Part shown: positions 20,201 through 30,360 of the stretch, piece by piece
How the letters are laid out: every line of letters begins with the position of its first letter
Position numbering within the stretch: the first letter of the stretch is position 1
IMG/VR virus record: IMGVR_UViG_3300024346_000003
Source of the DNA: a virus
Lineage: Duplodnaviria > Caudoviricetes
Length of the DNA stretch: 64,000 bases
Reading direction: 5' to 3' (one strand)
Translations under genes and position numbers: made by a program
Notes under the pieces: model-generated
Database searches by the model: none
Seen by the model: the letters and a program-made list of their open reading frames with translations, nothing else
Told to the model about the DNA's origin: nothing

Positions 20201-21612
20201 AATACAATGCATAATATTGAAAATAGTGGTGCAAGCACACTACCCGCAGTTGTTAACTTATTAAATGGAAATGGTGATTTTTCACCATCATCTACATTTT
20301 TAATTCCTAAAAAATTCCTATTTGTTGAGCAAGCTGTACTGTCTGCACAATTTTTTTGAACTCTAGTTATGTGGTTAGATACTGTGTATATTTTATTCCA
20401 ATATAAATTAGTAAAACTAGTGTCTTTAGTTCTTTCATCAAACGTATAGTCAGCTTCTAACGCTGTATCTGGTGCGTGTGGGATTAAATAACTAGCTCTA
20501 GTTCTTAATCTACCTTCACCACCTGTAGTATTCATTTTAACTCTAAATCTTACTTTAGCTCTAGTTGGTAAACCTTTCGATTCATCATCGGTTGGTACTA
20601 GGTTACCAAATTCATCTGTTATGATATAATCTAGATTCATTGGTACTTGGTAAGCCCAAGTCCCATCTTCATCAATAACATCACCACCAAGGACATCAAA
20701 TCTTTCGGTAGAACCATCTGACGCTTTTCTAATCATTTCAACCCTTCCAGAACCAGTAACCATATCATCAAGGTTACCCATATTTTTCTTAGGTCGACAT
20801 TTCTTATTTATTCCTTTTTTTTCACTATCACTAATTATACTACCCATGAAAATAGCATGTGGTTTTATATTAGTGGCTAAATCAATATCTAATCGATTAA
20901 TACCAATCTGACAATTATCAACATCACCCCAAAATGGTTGTACGTTAATACTTACTGGTGTTCTACTCTTTAATTGTGTTAATGTATTTAAATTAGTACC
21001 TTCTTTATATTTTGATGTACTCTCAAATAATTTTTCATTATAACCTTCTCGTATAAAATCATATGGTTCTTGTGTTAATATACCAATATCTGACATATCA
21101 ACATCAGCGTGTGCTTGGTAAGCACCTAATGGTACTCCAAAAAACATATAATCACCAGATTGGTTTGTTGTTGTTGTAAACTTATAGTATTTACAATAAA
21201 CATATAATAAATCATCATTATCCTGAACTTCCCTTTTATTTGGGAAAGAACCTATTGGAGCATAACAATCATTTTTAGTTTCATTTGTTTTTGGTAATAA
21301 GTTATATCTTAAACCATCTGAGTTTCTATCACTAACTTGTTCGTATGGGTATAACCCAAATATTTGTGAATTTTCTTTATCAATATCATCAATTGGTATG
21401 AATATAGAAACCTTAGCGTTTGGTACACCAAAGCCATTATTAACTGTAACCCTACCAACTACAACACCATAATCAGAACAAAAATTCTGATATACTTCTT
21501 CTTGCCTTAAAGTTAGTGATAATATTTCAATAAAATCAAACTTTTGGTCTATGTTTAAATTTAAAAATTTATCCTCACCACCTGGCGTTGTTCTTAATCT
21601 AATATTTGACAT
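17251..21612 (-). CDS. Large baseplate-region protein: N-terminal beta-sandwich, central hydrophobic segment, about four SprB repeats
   Basis: GRVTVNNGFGVPNAKVSIF (carboxypeptidase-regulatory-like). Hydrophobic LAPLFSILCIVFSIFGTILYAINKVIGLI. Repeats G-x-I-x-x-x-I-x-GG-x-x-PY...L-x-x-G-x-Y-x-V-x-V-T-D. Confidence 0.65.
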   Translation of the reverse strand: MSNIRLRTTPGGEDKFLNLNIDQKFDFIEILSLTLRQEEVYQNFCSDYGVVVGRVTVNNGFGVPNAKVSIFIPIDDIDKENSQIFGLYPYEQVSDRNSDGLRYNLLPKTNETKNDCYAPIGSFPNKREVQDNDDLLYVYCKYYKFTTTTNQSGDYMFFGVPLGAYQAHADVDMSDIGILTQEPYDFIREGYNEKLFESTSKYKEGTNLNTLTQLKSRTPVSINVQPFWGDVDNCQIGINRLDIDLATNIKPHAIFMGSIISDSEKKGINKKCRPKKNMGNLDDMVTGSGRVEMIRKASDGSTERFDVLGGDVIDEDGTWAYQVPMNLDYIITDEFGNLVPTDDESKGLPTRAKVRFRVKMNTTGGEGRLRTRASYLIPHAPDTALEADYTFDERTKDTSFTNLYWNKIYTVSNHITRVQKNCADSTACSTNRNFLGIKNVDDGEKSPFPFNKLTTAGSVLAPLFSILCIVFSIFGTILYAINKVIGLINNIIEILNSIFSINYIAYILIGCNDDKYCIGCNTANPGYPATEQPNIPDPDNEIWLNCITTVLADALGLLKFDFYNDWVNGTLYAYLLKYKTKRKGKGREVFCDYDCEDDINGVDNNQDGVEDNRCRTISIVDTCTVATPQSSSTVGAPFNDVNSLKDDEIREGLIKKDNVEGELYYAAMSKNNIRLYSTKIVSLGAVFDCDWQGAPKFYRYLVDTTYNIPPLTPEYYLPNEQPYPNEIQESGWDTPGSSSGSLIAKITCLGVGTDSDNCNNIKRLCELGMGTDEDRRDPTTGLGTPVDNRITNADIENPWVRGAFTYLNYPTVLNNIPLVFIDNGGSINYQDQYYKTFRGYDTLTSQNPSLWFFKNSLYFYFGLIPGNSALQKMLLRYFPVCIKSEKSDLAIIIDNILDDNIIGLGTGQIEFHIEGGVGPYTYQWLGPNYSGLQYQCPSPDGTLSQTDCGNADGSQFSLDNLLGGEYTLVVSDAGGLNATTTVTVSGIDGVQCQISPSPSNASGNGKISITINGGVAPYNIEIQGVTDGSFNQQMSTPQNTYCYGNCTGPNDIPNATNLLPPGEYIVTVTDSGIQAIIGGQQTTINTECSDYVLITQPLNITIQPVVSDATCYNGFGNGQVTLVGGIPPYDIEWILTASNNPNNQGLVSSIVSTNILANELPAGSYTINIIDLAGNTESATVVINEPPETLISAQTYPPGCALSPSGSIQLTINGQTPPYSVEVIGEVNQMLLNQPNGIINVDGLKASIVDPQTGQQIPYVVTVTDQNNCQVSENYVVPFPLYGELYVRAFSKTYTDSNGDSISRIIIRFNGGHGGPYHFRLPNGNWINLGNPYTQNLPVSTYQVLQPNYTLYESTTQINSSPTYEFQFWASDAPGGVPIYPLQFDYYLTDGNQQNTYAMFRGKIAMTNTGTNGGAQDSNYGTNSPYGCYSYKNNNGTAVNGSTPQGVLLTQPN

Positions 21613-21963
21613 TTATTTAATTGTTTCTAAATTGTTAACAGTATCGACATCTGTTAATTCGTAATCACTGTTATCATATAATTCATAATCCAATTCATCA
21701 TCATCGTCATCATCATTATCCTTTTCCATTAATTTTTTAGCAAACTTTAAAAATAAGCTAGACATATTTACAGTATTGTCTCTCAATACAATCGATTTGA
21801 ATAAAACATAAATGACAAATGGTATAACAACTACTATTGCTATACTAAATACTAATAAAAAAGTAATGAAATTAAGAATACTATTAACTATTTTATTTTT
21901 ACTTTTAGTTTCTATTTTTTGACTTTGTAAGTCAACTGAAGTGTTTTTACAATTACAACCCAT
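21613..21963 (-). CDS. Small membrane protein with acidic C-terminus
   Basis: About 30-residue hydrophobic stretch ILNFITFLLVFSIAIVVVIPFVIYVLF; MGCNCK N-terminus; poly-Asp tail. Confidence 0.6.
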   Translation of the reverse strand: MGCNCKNTSVDLQSQKIETKSKNKIVNSILNFITFLLVFSIAIVVVIPFVIYVLFKSIVLRDNTVNMSSLFLKFAKKLMEKDNDDDDDDELDYELYDNSDYELTDVDTVNNLETIK

Positions 21964-22005
21964 ATTTTTTTATTTAAAAATAAGCTTTTTTACTTAAAAA
22001 GTAAA

Positions 22006-23826
22006 TTACTTAACCCTTACTTTAATGTCAACTTCTGGTTTTTTAATTTCAAACATACCATTAGGTTCACCATATATTTTATATTCACCTAATAAATCGA
22101 TTTGTCTAGTTGCGTCATCAATATACGCTTGTGAAATTTGATTTGATGAGTAGTCTGCTCCACCAACTTTATTATAAGCTCTAATTTCGACTACGTTTAA
22201 AACCCCACCTATATTATTTATGGTTTCAACTAATTGAGCCAAATATATATCATCACCCATATTCCACTTATTAATATCAAAATATGACTTTGTTTTATTA
22301 ATAGCTTCACTTATAATTTGAGATTGTGGGAATTGTTTATCAATTACTAAATCAATTTCAAAACCTAGATTTATAATTTTAGAATTACTAACTTCAATGT
22401 AGTCATTTATCATTCTATAATCTGATAAGTAAGTTGCAATATTATTTTGTAGTGTACTAGTTGATTGACTCGTTAATTTACCCTTACTATCTAAGCCACT
22501 AATATAAATTTTAATTTTATTTTGTTCTTCAAATACACTACATCTAAAAGGTGTTCCAAATTCACCAGGCATTAATGCAATTCTAGTTTGGTAATCAGTT
22601 ATTGTTACAGCTCTATTTTGACTTGAGAAATTATATCTAACTAAATTTCTTAATTCTTCTACTGATGGTTCATCTTTACCACCTAAAGCTGGTATTGGGT
22701 TATTAACTCTTATTGAATTTCTAACACTGGTATTCATAGCCGCTGTTGGTCCACTAATGTTTATGCTAGCAACACCCAATGAAGTTAAAACATTAGAACC
22801 AACATTAGTTGTTGAACCACCACCTGTTCTATATTTGACAAACATTGTTCTGTTGGCTGTTGGTGTTATCCCTAATGATGAATTATTAATAAAATCACCA
22901 ATTTTAGATACTAAAGCTGGGTCAACACCGAATTCAGATAAAGAACTAATATCTTGTGTTCCACCACCAAAAATAAGTTTCATATACCCATTATCTGTAT
23001 ATTCAGTAATAAATTTCTGTATAACTCTTTTATATTTACCTGGTTTAATACCTGGATTATCACTTATTGCACCATTATCTGGTATAAAAATTAAATCATC
23101 AGCTAATGCATCCATTTCGAACCATCTAAAATCCTCGTTTAAAAATTGGTCTAGTGATGGTATACCATTGTAATTAGTACCGTCTAAAGTTATTACCGAA
23201 CTAACTGATAATACATCTGTTTCTGGTAATATTATTTCAAAAAATGGTTTTACATCTGATGCTGTTAAAACTCTTTTAAAATATCTAGTTATACCATTTA
23301 TAACAATTTCTCTTTTGGTTAACTTATAACTACCAATGTTACCATCAGAGTCAATATTTGGTTCTATTAATCTATTTGGTATTCCTCCAGTTGTGAACGG
23401 TGATGAAAAATCTATATCATCTTGTGCTTCAAATACTTTACCAGCACCAGTAACTTGTGAACCCTGTCTTATAATTGGTGCGTATCTAACGTCAAACCCA
23501 TTACCTAATGGTGGTACAACACATGTGAAGTCAACAATACATACTGATGGTCTTTTACCTGGTACTTTTAAACCATAAGTTCTAGCCATTGATAAGATTG
23601 AGCTTCTTTCTTGTGCAAAATCAATTTGCGTTTCTTGAAACATTCTATCTGTGTGAAATGATAATATATCACCAACAGCTGCATTCAATTCTATTAACAT
23701 CATACCTACAGATGCATCATTATAATCACTAAAGATGTCTGGGTAATATTGTTTTACGAAGTTTATTAATTCACTTCTTACATCTACGAAGTTTCTAGCA
23801 TTATATGATATTCCTTGATTTGCCAT
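22006..23826 (-). CDS. Baseplate wedge subunit (T4 gp6 / baseplate J-like)
   Basis: YNARNFVDVRSELINFVK...YPDIFSDYNDASVGMMLIEL; KYRTGGG; ALGGKDEPSVEELR...SQNRAVTITDY. Confidence 0.85.
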   Translation of the reverse strand: MANQGISYNARNFVDVRSELINFVKQYYPDIFSDYNDASVGMMLIELNAAVGDILSFHTDRMFQETQIDFAQERSSILSMARTYGLKVPGKRPSVCIVDFTCVVPPLGNGFDVRYAPIIRQGSQVTGAGKVFEAQDDIDFSSPFTTGGIPNRLIEPNIDSDGNIGSYKLTKREIVINGITRYFKRVLTASDVKPFFEIILPETDVLSVSSVITLDGTNYNGIPSLDQFLNEDFRWFEMDALADDLIFIPDNGAISDNPGIKPGKYKRVIQKFITEYTDNGYMKLIFGGGTQDISSLSEFGVDPALVSKIGDFINNSSLGITPTANRTMFVKYRTGGGSTTNVGSNVLTSLGVASINISGPTAAMNTSVRNSIRVNNPIPALGGKDEPSVEELRNLVRYNFSSQNRAVTITDYQTRIALMPGEFGTPFRCSVFEEQNKIKIYISGLDSKGKLTSQSTSTLQNNIATYLSDYRMINDYIEVSNSKIINLGFEIDLVIDKQFPQSQIISEAINKTKSYFDINKWNMGDDIYLAQLVETINNIGGVLNVVEIRAYNKVGGADYSSNQISQAYIDDATRQIDLLGEYKIYGEPNGMFEIKKPEVDIKVRVK

Positions 23827-23872
23827 ATTTTCTTTTATTATAAATATAATTAAAAGAAAATTTTAGAAAATA

Positions 23873-23904
23873 CTTGCACACTTTTTTATTTTTTATTATA
23901 TTTG
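23873..23904 (+). promoter_or_regulatory. Bacteroidota-type promoter for the inverted + strand gene
   Basis: CTTG-N20-TATATTTG, 17 nt upstream of the ATG at 23922. Confidence 0.75.
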
Positions 23905-23921
23905 TAGTAAATTTAAATAAA

Positions 23922-24221
23922 ATGGGGTTAATAACTGTATATCACCTTAGTAATGTTAAAAATAGGGAATCTATTTTAAAAAATGGTATAATACCAAAGT
24001 CTTATAGTGGTAATTATATTAACTATAGTTTAAGAATTTTTGTTACTAAAGTACTTGATTCAGCAGTTTTTGATTATGTGGGTTACGATTGTGTTGACTT
24101 ATGGGTGTTTGATTTAGATGAAAATTTATTAATTACTGATTCATTTTCATCATCTGATAACCATTTTTTTATTAATGAAATAGTTTACCCAGATAAATTG
24201 GAGTTATATAAATCTTATTAA
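23922..24221 (+). CDS. Small ADP-ribosyltransferase-fold (KptA/Tpt1- or DarT-like) protein; start revised from 23874
   Basis: VYHLSNVKNRESILKNGIIP...RIFVT...DLWVFD...HFFINEIVYPDKL follows the YH..SI..GL.P / L-S / ILxID / VPP pattern of the KptA NAD-binding domain. The track's start lies inside the promoter. Confidence 0.5.
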   Translation: MGLITVYHLSNVKNRESILKNGIIPKSYSGNYINYSLRIFVTKVLDSAVFDYVGYDCVDLWVFDLDENLLITDSFSSSDNHFFINEIVYPDKLELYKSY

Positions 24222-24910
24222 TTTAAGATATCCATTATTTTTTCCAAATATTCAATAGGTGCATCATCAACATTAATTTTTTTATTAATATCTTTAGTCG
24301 ATATTAATTCATTATTATTTTGGTCAAAATACCACACATCACCATTTACCTCAATGGTTGGTAAGTCCAATTGTTCTAATTTACCAACCTTTACTTCTGG
24401 TTTAACTAAATTATCTAAATTTTTAATTATATAATCAACTTTAATTTTATCTGTTGTTTGTTGGATATAACTTTTAGCAAAATATATTGTATTAATTTCA
24501 TTAGCTCTAACTACAGCATAAATTAAATCACCATTACTATTAGTTTTTGAATCTAAAATAACTAGTTTTTTACCTTTAGATTCATTCCTTAAACTATCAT
24601 TGAAAAATGATACATTGATTGGTTCTATTCTCAAGTCACCAATTTTTATTGCATAACTTTTACTTTTTTGAAAATTATAATCCTCTACTATTTTAGCATT
24701 TTTTAAAATGTTATTTTTTTCATCCGATGTTAATTGGTAAGTCCCAACTTCATTATATTCTCCAACTGAACCAGGTATTTCATACCCAACAGTTAAGATA
24801 CTTTTATTTAAGAATCTATCATATAACCTATCTAAATAATGATTACTTTTTATAGCTTCTAATAAGTATAATCGTCTAAGTGATATTTTAACATTTTTAT
24901 TAATTAGCAT
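24218..24910 (-). CDS. Hypothetical protein
   Basis: 230 aa; its stop overlaps the convergent stop of 23922..24221 (shared TTAA). Confidence 0.55.
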   Translation of the reverse strand: MLINKNVKISLRRLYLLEAIKSNHYLDRLYDRFLNKSILTVGYEIPGSVGEYNEVGTYQLTSDEKNNILKNAKIVEDYNFQKSKSYAIKIGDLRIEPINVSFFNDSLRNESKGKKLVILDSKTNSNGDLIYAVVRANEINTIYFAKSYIQQTTDKIKVDYIIKNLDNLVKPEVKVGKLEQLDLPTIEVNGDVWYFDQNNNELISTKDINKKINVDDAPIEYLEKIMDILN

Positions 24911-24917
24911 ATCTAAA

Positions 24918-25307
24918 TTATAAAGTTATAATAATAAAATCACTCTCTTGGAATACATCGTCAGTTATAGTGTAATCTATCAACACATCTGCCTTAGATT
25001 CATTATCTGGATTAGCTGTTACAGTAATATTATCAACATTTAAACTTGGTATATATTTTTTAACCGTTGTTTGAATATCTAACTTAATATCTGAATAAGT
25101 TAAGCTATCATTTGGTTCAAATATAAACCTCATTAAATCTGTCCCAAATTCTGGATTGTAAAAACGCTCACCTTTTCTGGTTAATAACAAATGCATTAAA
25201 TCAGCTCTAATAGCTTTTGCATCAACATTGTTTAAGTTTAAGAAAAACCCTTCTTTACTTTCTTGAAATGGGAAGTCAATATTTATAAATTTATAATTTT
25301 CTGCCAT
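24918..25307 (-). CDS. Baseplate wedge subunit, gp25-like (GPW/gp25)
   Basis: INIDFPF...AIRADLMHLLLTRKGERFYNPEFGTDLMRFIFEP is the canonical gp25 signature. Confidence 0.9.
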   Translation of the reverse strand: MAENYKFINIDFPFQESKEGFFLNLNNVDAKAIRADLMHLLLTRKGERFYNPEFGTDLMRFIFEPNDSLTYSDIKLDIQTTVKKYIPSLNVDNITVTANPDNESKADVLIDYTITDDVFQESDFIIITL

Positions 25308-25362
25308 TGTAATTAATTTATTATAAATATCACATAAAAATAAAAATTATAAATACTAAAAT

Positions 25363-25387
25363 AAAAAAGGGGCTCAAGGCCCCTTTT
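25363..25387. terminator. Intrinsic terminator after nrdA (possibly bidirectional)
   Basis: AAAAGGGGC-TCAAG-GCCCCTTTT hairpin with A/T tracts on both sides. Confidence 0.8.
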
Positions 25388-25388
25388 A

Positions 25389-27911
25389 TTAACTACCACA
25401 TGCAATGCAGTCGTCTGGATTATCTATTGAACAGGTTAACCCGTTCATCGCCTCAATTTCTTCAGCACTCATTGATGAACTAATTGGTTTCGGAATTGTT
25501 GTTTCGATTTTAGGTATCTCAGTAATTGTTGAATCATCAACACCTAATGATTGTCTAGCTTGTGTTTTAGAATTACTTCTCAAGTAATACATTCCAGTTT
25601 TTAAACCTTTTTTCCATCCGTAGAATAATGCTTTATTTAATTTAGCAACATTTGCATCTCTCATAAATAAATTCATTGATTGAGATTGACAAATGAACTT
25701 ACCTCTATCAGCAGCCATATCAATTAAGTTTGCAGATTTCATTTCCCAAACTGTTTTATATACTTCTTTTAGACTATCTGGAATTTGTGCTATATTCTGG
25801 ATTGACCCATTTTCTTTAATCATTAACAATCTAATCTCATCGTTCCATAAATTTAAATCAATAAGGTCTAAAACTAAATGTTTGTTAACCATTACAAATT
25901 CACCAGATAAAACATTTCTCTTATAGATATTTGATGTGAATGGTTCGAAACATTCATTGTTACCTAAAATTTGAGCTGTAGATGCTGTTGGCATTGGTGC
26001 TAATAGTAATGAATTGGTAACACCATAAATCATAACTTCTTTTTTTAATGAATCCCAATCCCATCTTCCTGATAACTCATTAGATTTAAAACCCCACATA
26101 TCAAATTGGAATATACCTTCTGATAATGGTGAACCGTTAAATGATGAATAAGCACCAAAGGTTTTGTCAACAACTAAAATAGAATCTTGTTCTTTTAGTC
26201 TTTTAACTTCAGCTCTATATTGTCTTTTAGCCATATCTTTTGATGCGGTCATAGATGCAAAATAGATAGTTTCAAATATATCATTATTTAATTTTTTAGC
26301 CAAATCATCTTCAAATGGTAAAGCCATCATTGCAAATAAATCAGCTAAACCTTGTACACCAATACCAATTGGTCTATGTCTCATATTTGAACGTTCAGTT
26401 TCAACAGTTGGGTACCAGTTAACGTCAATTACTCTATTTAAGTTAACCGCAACCTGGTAAGATACTTCATATAATTTATCAAAATCAAATGTTCTTAAAC
26501 CTTTATCTCTAGATTTAGTTTTACCACTAGGTATAGTAACGAATTTAGGTAATGCAATTGATGCTAAATTACATACGGCAGTTTCTTCTGGTGATGTGTA
26601 TTCAATAATCTCAGTACATAAGTTCGATGACTTAATAGTTCCTAAATTCTTTTGGTTTGATTTATTGTTTGCTGCATCTTTATATAAAATATATGGAACA
26701 CCTGTCTCAATTTGATTTTCTAAAATGTGTAACCAAAGTTCTCTTGCGCTAATAGTTTCACCTCTACCTTCTGATTCATATTTCTCATAAAGTGTTGTAA
26801 ACGCTTTATTTGTTTCAGAATCAACAGCATCAATTAAACCTGGAACTTCAGCTGGGTCAAATAATGTCCAACTACCATTTATTTCAACTCTTTCCATAAA
26901 TAAATCTGGAACCCATAAAGCCAAAAATAAATCTCTAGCTCTAGCTTCTTCTTTACCATGATTCTTTTTCAAGTTAATGAAATCTTTAATGTCAGAATGC
27001 CATGGTTCCAAATAAACAGCTATAGAACCTTTTCTTTTACCACCACCTTGGTCAACGTAACGTGCAGTCTCGTTAAACACTTTAAGCATAGGTACAATAC
27101 CATTTGATTCACCATTAGTTCCTTTAATATAAGAACCTTTAGCTCTAACTTTATGAATGTTTAATCCAATACCACCAGCTGATTGTGAAATCGCAGCACA
27201 GTCTGCTAAAGTCTTGTAGATACCATGAATTGAATCAGAATCAACATCAAGTAAGAAACAAGATGATAATTGTGGTTTTTTAGTTCCAGCATTAAATAAT
27301 GTTGGTGTTGCATGTGTAAATACTCCAGTTGATAACATTTCATAAGTTTTTTGAACTTCTTTTAAATTATCACCCCAAATACCTATTGAAACCCTCATAT
27401 ATAATTGTTGTGGTGTTTCACCAATGTTTCCATCAATTTTTAATAGATATGCTTTCTCAAGTGTTTTAAATCCAAAGTAATCAAAATTAAAATCTCTATC
27501 GTGAACAATCATTGACTCAATTTTATCTGAATGTTCCATAACTACCTTATAGACTTCATCTGAAATTAAACCAGCATTTTCACCAGTTTTTTTATTAACA
27601 TATGTATACAACTTCTCAATTGTATCTTTGAAACTTTTATTAGTTTCTTTTTTTAACGATGTGATTGCTATTCTAGCTGCCAATATAGAATAATCAGGAT
27701 GTATTCTAGTTAAAGAGGCCGCAGTTTCAGCCGCCAATTTATCTAATTCTTTTGATGTAACACCATCATATAAACCTGAAATTACTTTTTTGGACACTTC
27801 CATAGCATCAACATAATCTCTATCTAAATCGTAAGTTTGTTTTTTTACTCTAGATGAAATTTTGTCAAATCTAACTAATTCATCAGTACCGTTTCTTTTA
27901 ATTACTCTCAT
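25389..27911 (-). CDS. nrdA: Ribonucleoside-diphosphate reductase alpha subunit, class Ia, with ATP cone
   Basis: N-terminal ATP cone (MRVIKRNG), THATPTLFNAG, QLSSCFL, SNLCTEI, APMPTAST, YYLR, C-terminal CIACGS. Confidence 0.97.
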   Translation of the reverse strand: MRVIKRNGTDELVRFDKISSRVKKQTYDLDRDYVDAMEVSKKVISGLYDGVTSKELDKLAAETAASLTRIHPDYSILAARIAITSLKKETNKSFKDTIEKLYTYVNKKTGENAGLISDEVYKVVMEHSDKIESMIVHDRDFNFDYFGFKTLEKAYLLKIDGNIGETPQQLYMRVSIGIWGDNLKEVQKTYEMLSTGVFTHATPTLFNAGTKKPQLSSCFLLDVDSDSIHGIYKTLADCAAISQSAGGIGLNIHKVRAKGSYIKGTNGESNGIVPMLKVFNETARYVDQGGGKRKGSIAVYLEPWHSDIKDFINLKKNHGKEEARARDLFLALWVPDLFMERVEINGSWTLFDPAEVPGLIDAVDSETNKAFTTLYEKYESEGRGETISARELWLHILENQIETGVPYILYKDAANNKSNQKNLGTIKSSNLCTEIIEYTSPEETAVCNLASIALPKFVTIPSGKTKSRDKGLRTFDFDKLYEVSYQVAVNLNRVIDVNWYPTVETERSNMRHRPIGIGVQGLADLFAMMALPFEDDLAKKLNNDIFETIYFASMTASKDMAKRQYRAEVKRLKEQDSILVVDKTFGAYSSFNGSPLSEGIFQFDMWGFKSNELSGRWDWDSLKKEVMIYGVTNSLLLAPMPTASTAQILGNNECFEPFTSNIYKRNVLSGEFVMVNKHLVLDLIDLNLWNDEIRLLMIKENGSIQNIAQIPDSLKEVYKTVWEMKSANLIDMAADRGKFICQSQSMNLFMRDANVAKLNKALFYGWKKGLKTGMYYLRSNSKTQARQSLGVDDSTITEIPKIETTIPKPISSSMSAEEIEAMNGLTCSIDNPDDCIACGS

Positions 27912-27933
27912 TTTTTTTTAACAATTTTTTAAC

Positions 27934-28905
27934 TTAAAAATCACTATCATCACCTTCGAATGATAGCTTATTATCAGAACTAGAATTTCCAACACCAGAC
28001 TTAGAATAATCACCCACTCTCTTTTCAAAGAAGTTGGTCTTGTTCTCCAAGGCTATGTTTACCATGAAATCAAATGGGTTCTTACTATTAAATATCGGCT
28101 CACATTTTAAATCGATTAATAATCTGTCAGCAACATATTCTAAATATTGACTCATAAGATTAGAATTCATACCAATTAAATCAACTGGTAACGATTCCAA
28201 TATAAACTCTTTTTCAATGCTCAATGCAGAAGTTATAATTTCTTTAATTCTATCTTTTGGTACTTGATTAATTAAGTGTTCATTATGTAAATGGACAGCA
28301 AAATCACAATGAAGTCCCTCATCTCTAGATATTAACTCATTTGAGAATGATAAGCCTGGCATAAGACCTCTATTCTTTAACCAGAAGATTGAACAGAACG
28401 AACCTGAAAAGAATATTCCTTCAACCGCAGCAAAAGCAATTAACCTTTCACCAAAGTTATCTGAATCAACCCATTTTAAAGCCCACTCAGCCTTTTTCTG
28501 AACAGCTGGTATGTTATCTATCGCATTAAACAATTTATACTGTTCTTCCTTATCTTTAACGTATGTATCGATAAGTAATGAATAAGTTTCAGAGTGTATG
28601 TTTTCCATCATAATTTGGAATCCATAGAAAAACTTAGCTTCAGCATACTGAACTTCATTAATGAAGTTTTGTGCTAGATTTTCATTAACAATACCATCAG
28701 ATGCCGCAAAAAAAGCTAAAACATTTTTAATGAAATATTGCTCATTATCATTTAATTTAGCCCAGTCTGATAAGTCAGCTTCTAAATCTATTTCTTCAGC
28801 AGTCCAAAAGTTTGCTTCTGATTTTTTGTAATACTCCCAAATATCATGATACTTAATTGGGAAAATAACGAATCTATTAGGATTCTCTTTTAAAATTGGT
28901 TCCAT
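27934..28905 (-). CDS. nrdB: Ribonucleoside-diphosphate reductase beta subunit
   Basis: [53 protein letters not shown]. Confidence 0.97.
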   Translation of the reverse strand: MEPILKENPNRFVIFPIKYHDIWEYYKKSEANFWTAEEIDLEADLSDWAKLNDNEQYFIKNVLAFFAASDGIVNENLAQNFINEVQYAEAKFFYGFQIMMENIHSETYSLLIDTYVKDKEEQYKLFNAIDNIPAVQKKAEWALKWVDSDNFGERLIAFAAVEGIFFSGSFCSIFWLKNRGLMPGLSFSNELISRDEGLHCDFAVHLHNEHLINQVPKDRIKEIITSALSIEKEFILESLPVDLIGMNSNLMSQYLEYVADRLLIDLKCEPIFNSKNPFDFMVNIALENKTNFFEKRVGDYSKSGVGNSSSDNKLSFEGDDSDF

Positions 28906-28926
28906 AATTTTTTATTTTATTATTTT

Positions 28927-30333
28927 TTATTTATCTTGATTGTCCATGTCATCTTTTCTTTTAATGGCAACATCCATTAAATGATTAACTCGGTCTTGAC
29001 CTTTTTGTTCTCTTGCTTGACCATGGTTTGAGAATGAAACCCCTTGTGAATTTTGACTCATGTCAATTTGTATTGTTGAGTTATCAAATACTATATCTTC
29101 GAAAACTACACCAGACTTACCAAATCTAGATTTAAGAATAGCCATATTAGCAGTATTATTCTCTTTTTGTTCTAATGATTTTGCAATAGAAACTAAGAAG
29201 TGACCAATTTGTGCTTTCTTAATTGACCCACCCATTTGGTCACCTTCAACTACTTCAGCTTTAATTGCTGAACGATTACCTTGTGTTGCTGTCCAACCAG
29301 CAATATCTAATTCAGATAACATTGATTCAAATTCTCTCATCACAGCACCTTGACCTTCATTTACGTCAGTATAGTTTTTAGATGGTTGAATACAATCAAT
29401 GTAATCAATAAGTACTAAATCTGGTTTAAACCCTTGTGCAATATTTTTTCTAATTATTTGTTTTATTTTAGCGACAGTAGTATTATCACTTCTCATTTTA
29501 ACCAATTTTAACTTACCTGGTCTATTCTCAAATGATTTAAATTCTTCAATTGCATTAACTCTATTAGCTTGTAATTCATTTAATGGTATTTTTGTCCAGC
29601 ATGATATATGTTTTCTTTGGATTATTTTTGTTGTATCTTCAAAGAATATCTGCATAACATTATTACCAGTTGCTTTAGCGTGGTTAGCTAACTTGGTAAT
29701 CATGGTTGTTTTACCAACACCCCATGCGGCTAATATGATTGCTAATTCACCCTTAGCTAAACCACCATCCATTATTTCATCTAACCCCTCAATACCAGTT
29801 GCTATTGGGTCTCTATAATCATCTGATAGTACATCTTCCAAATTATCACAAACATCGATTATACCATCTGAGTTTTCACCAAACTCCAAGGCTTTTTTCA
29901 ATATCTCCTCACATTTATCATAATCATCGATACTGCCTTTTGTGATGATTTCATTCATTTGTTTAATTGCCTTAACAAGTTCTTGTCTTTTACAAAACTT
30001 TAAAGCAGTTTCCTGAATATAAAATGTATCGTTTAGTTCAGCTTCTTCAATTCGTCTTATGTGACTGAATATTGAATTTCTATCGATTTCATCTTTAACA
30101 TGTTCTAACAATCTACTTCTTAAACTCCCAATATCTGGAATAGCTTCATGTTTTTCAAATGCATCTTTTATAGTACCAACAATAATTCTAACATATGAGT
30201 CTTCGAAGTAATTCGGATTAACCATATCTAAGATTGCGGTACCGAACTTTCTATCGGTTATTATCTGTAATAATAACCGATACTGAAAGTCAAGTCCTAG
30301 GTATCCTAGATTATCTTTATTTATTTTACTCAT
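28927..30333 (-). CDS. dnaB: Replicative helicase, DnaB/T4 gp41-like
   Basis: GGLAKGELAIILAAWGVGKT (Walker A), LVLIDYID (Walker B), WTATQGNR, ILKSRFG. Confidence 0.9.
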   Translation of the reverse strand: MSKINKDNLGYLGLDFQYRLLLQIITDRKFGTAILDMVNPNYFEDSYVRIIVGTIKDAFEKHEAIPDIGSLRSRLLEHVKDEIDRNSIFSHIRRIEEAELNDTFYIQETALKFCKRQELVKAIKQMNEIITKGSIDDYDKCEEILKKALEFGENSDGIIDVCDNLEDVLSDDYRDPIATGIEGLDEIMDGGLAKGELAIILAAWGVGKTTMITKLANHAKATGNNVMQIFFEDTTKIIQRKHISCWTKIPLNELQANRVNAIEEFKSFENRPGKLKLVKMRSDNTTVAKIKQIIRKNIAQGFKPDLVLIDYIDCIQPSKNYTDVNEGQGAVMREFESMLSELDIAGWTATQGNRSAIKAEVVEGDQMGGSIKKAQIGHFLVSIAKSLEQKENNTANMAILKSRFGKSGVVFEDIVFDNSTIQIDMSQNSQGVSFSNHGQAREQKGQDRVNHLMDVAIKRKDDMDNQDK

Positions 30334-30360
30334 ATAAAACTCTGTATATATTAAATATTA

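Noticed and set aside
21613-21963. Calling the small membrane protein a holin or spanin
   Set aside because: No adjacent endolysin, no lipobox and no dual-start motif; left as a membrane protein of unknown function.
23874-23921. Track starts at 23874, 35850 and 15526
   Set aside because: 23874 lies within the promoter, while 35850 and 15526 create long overlaps. Downstream ATGs (23922, 35796, 15481/15484) fit promoter position or stop-start coupling.
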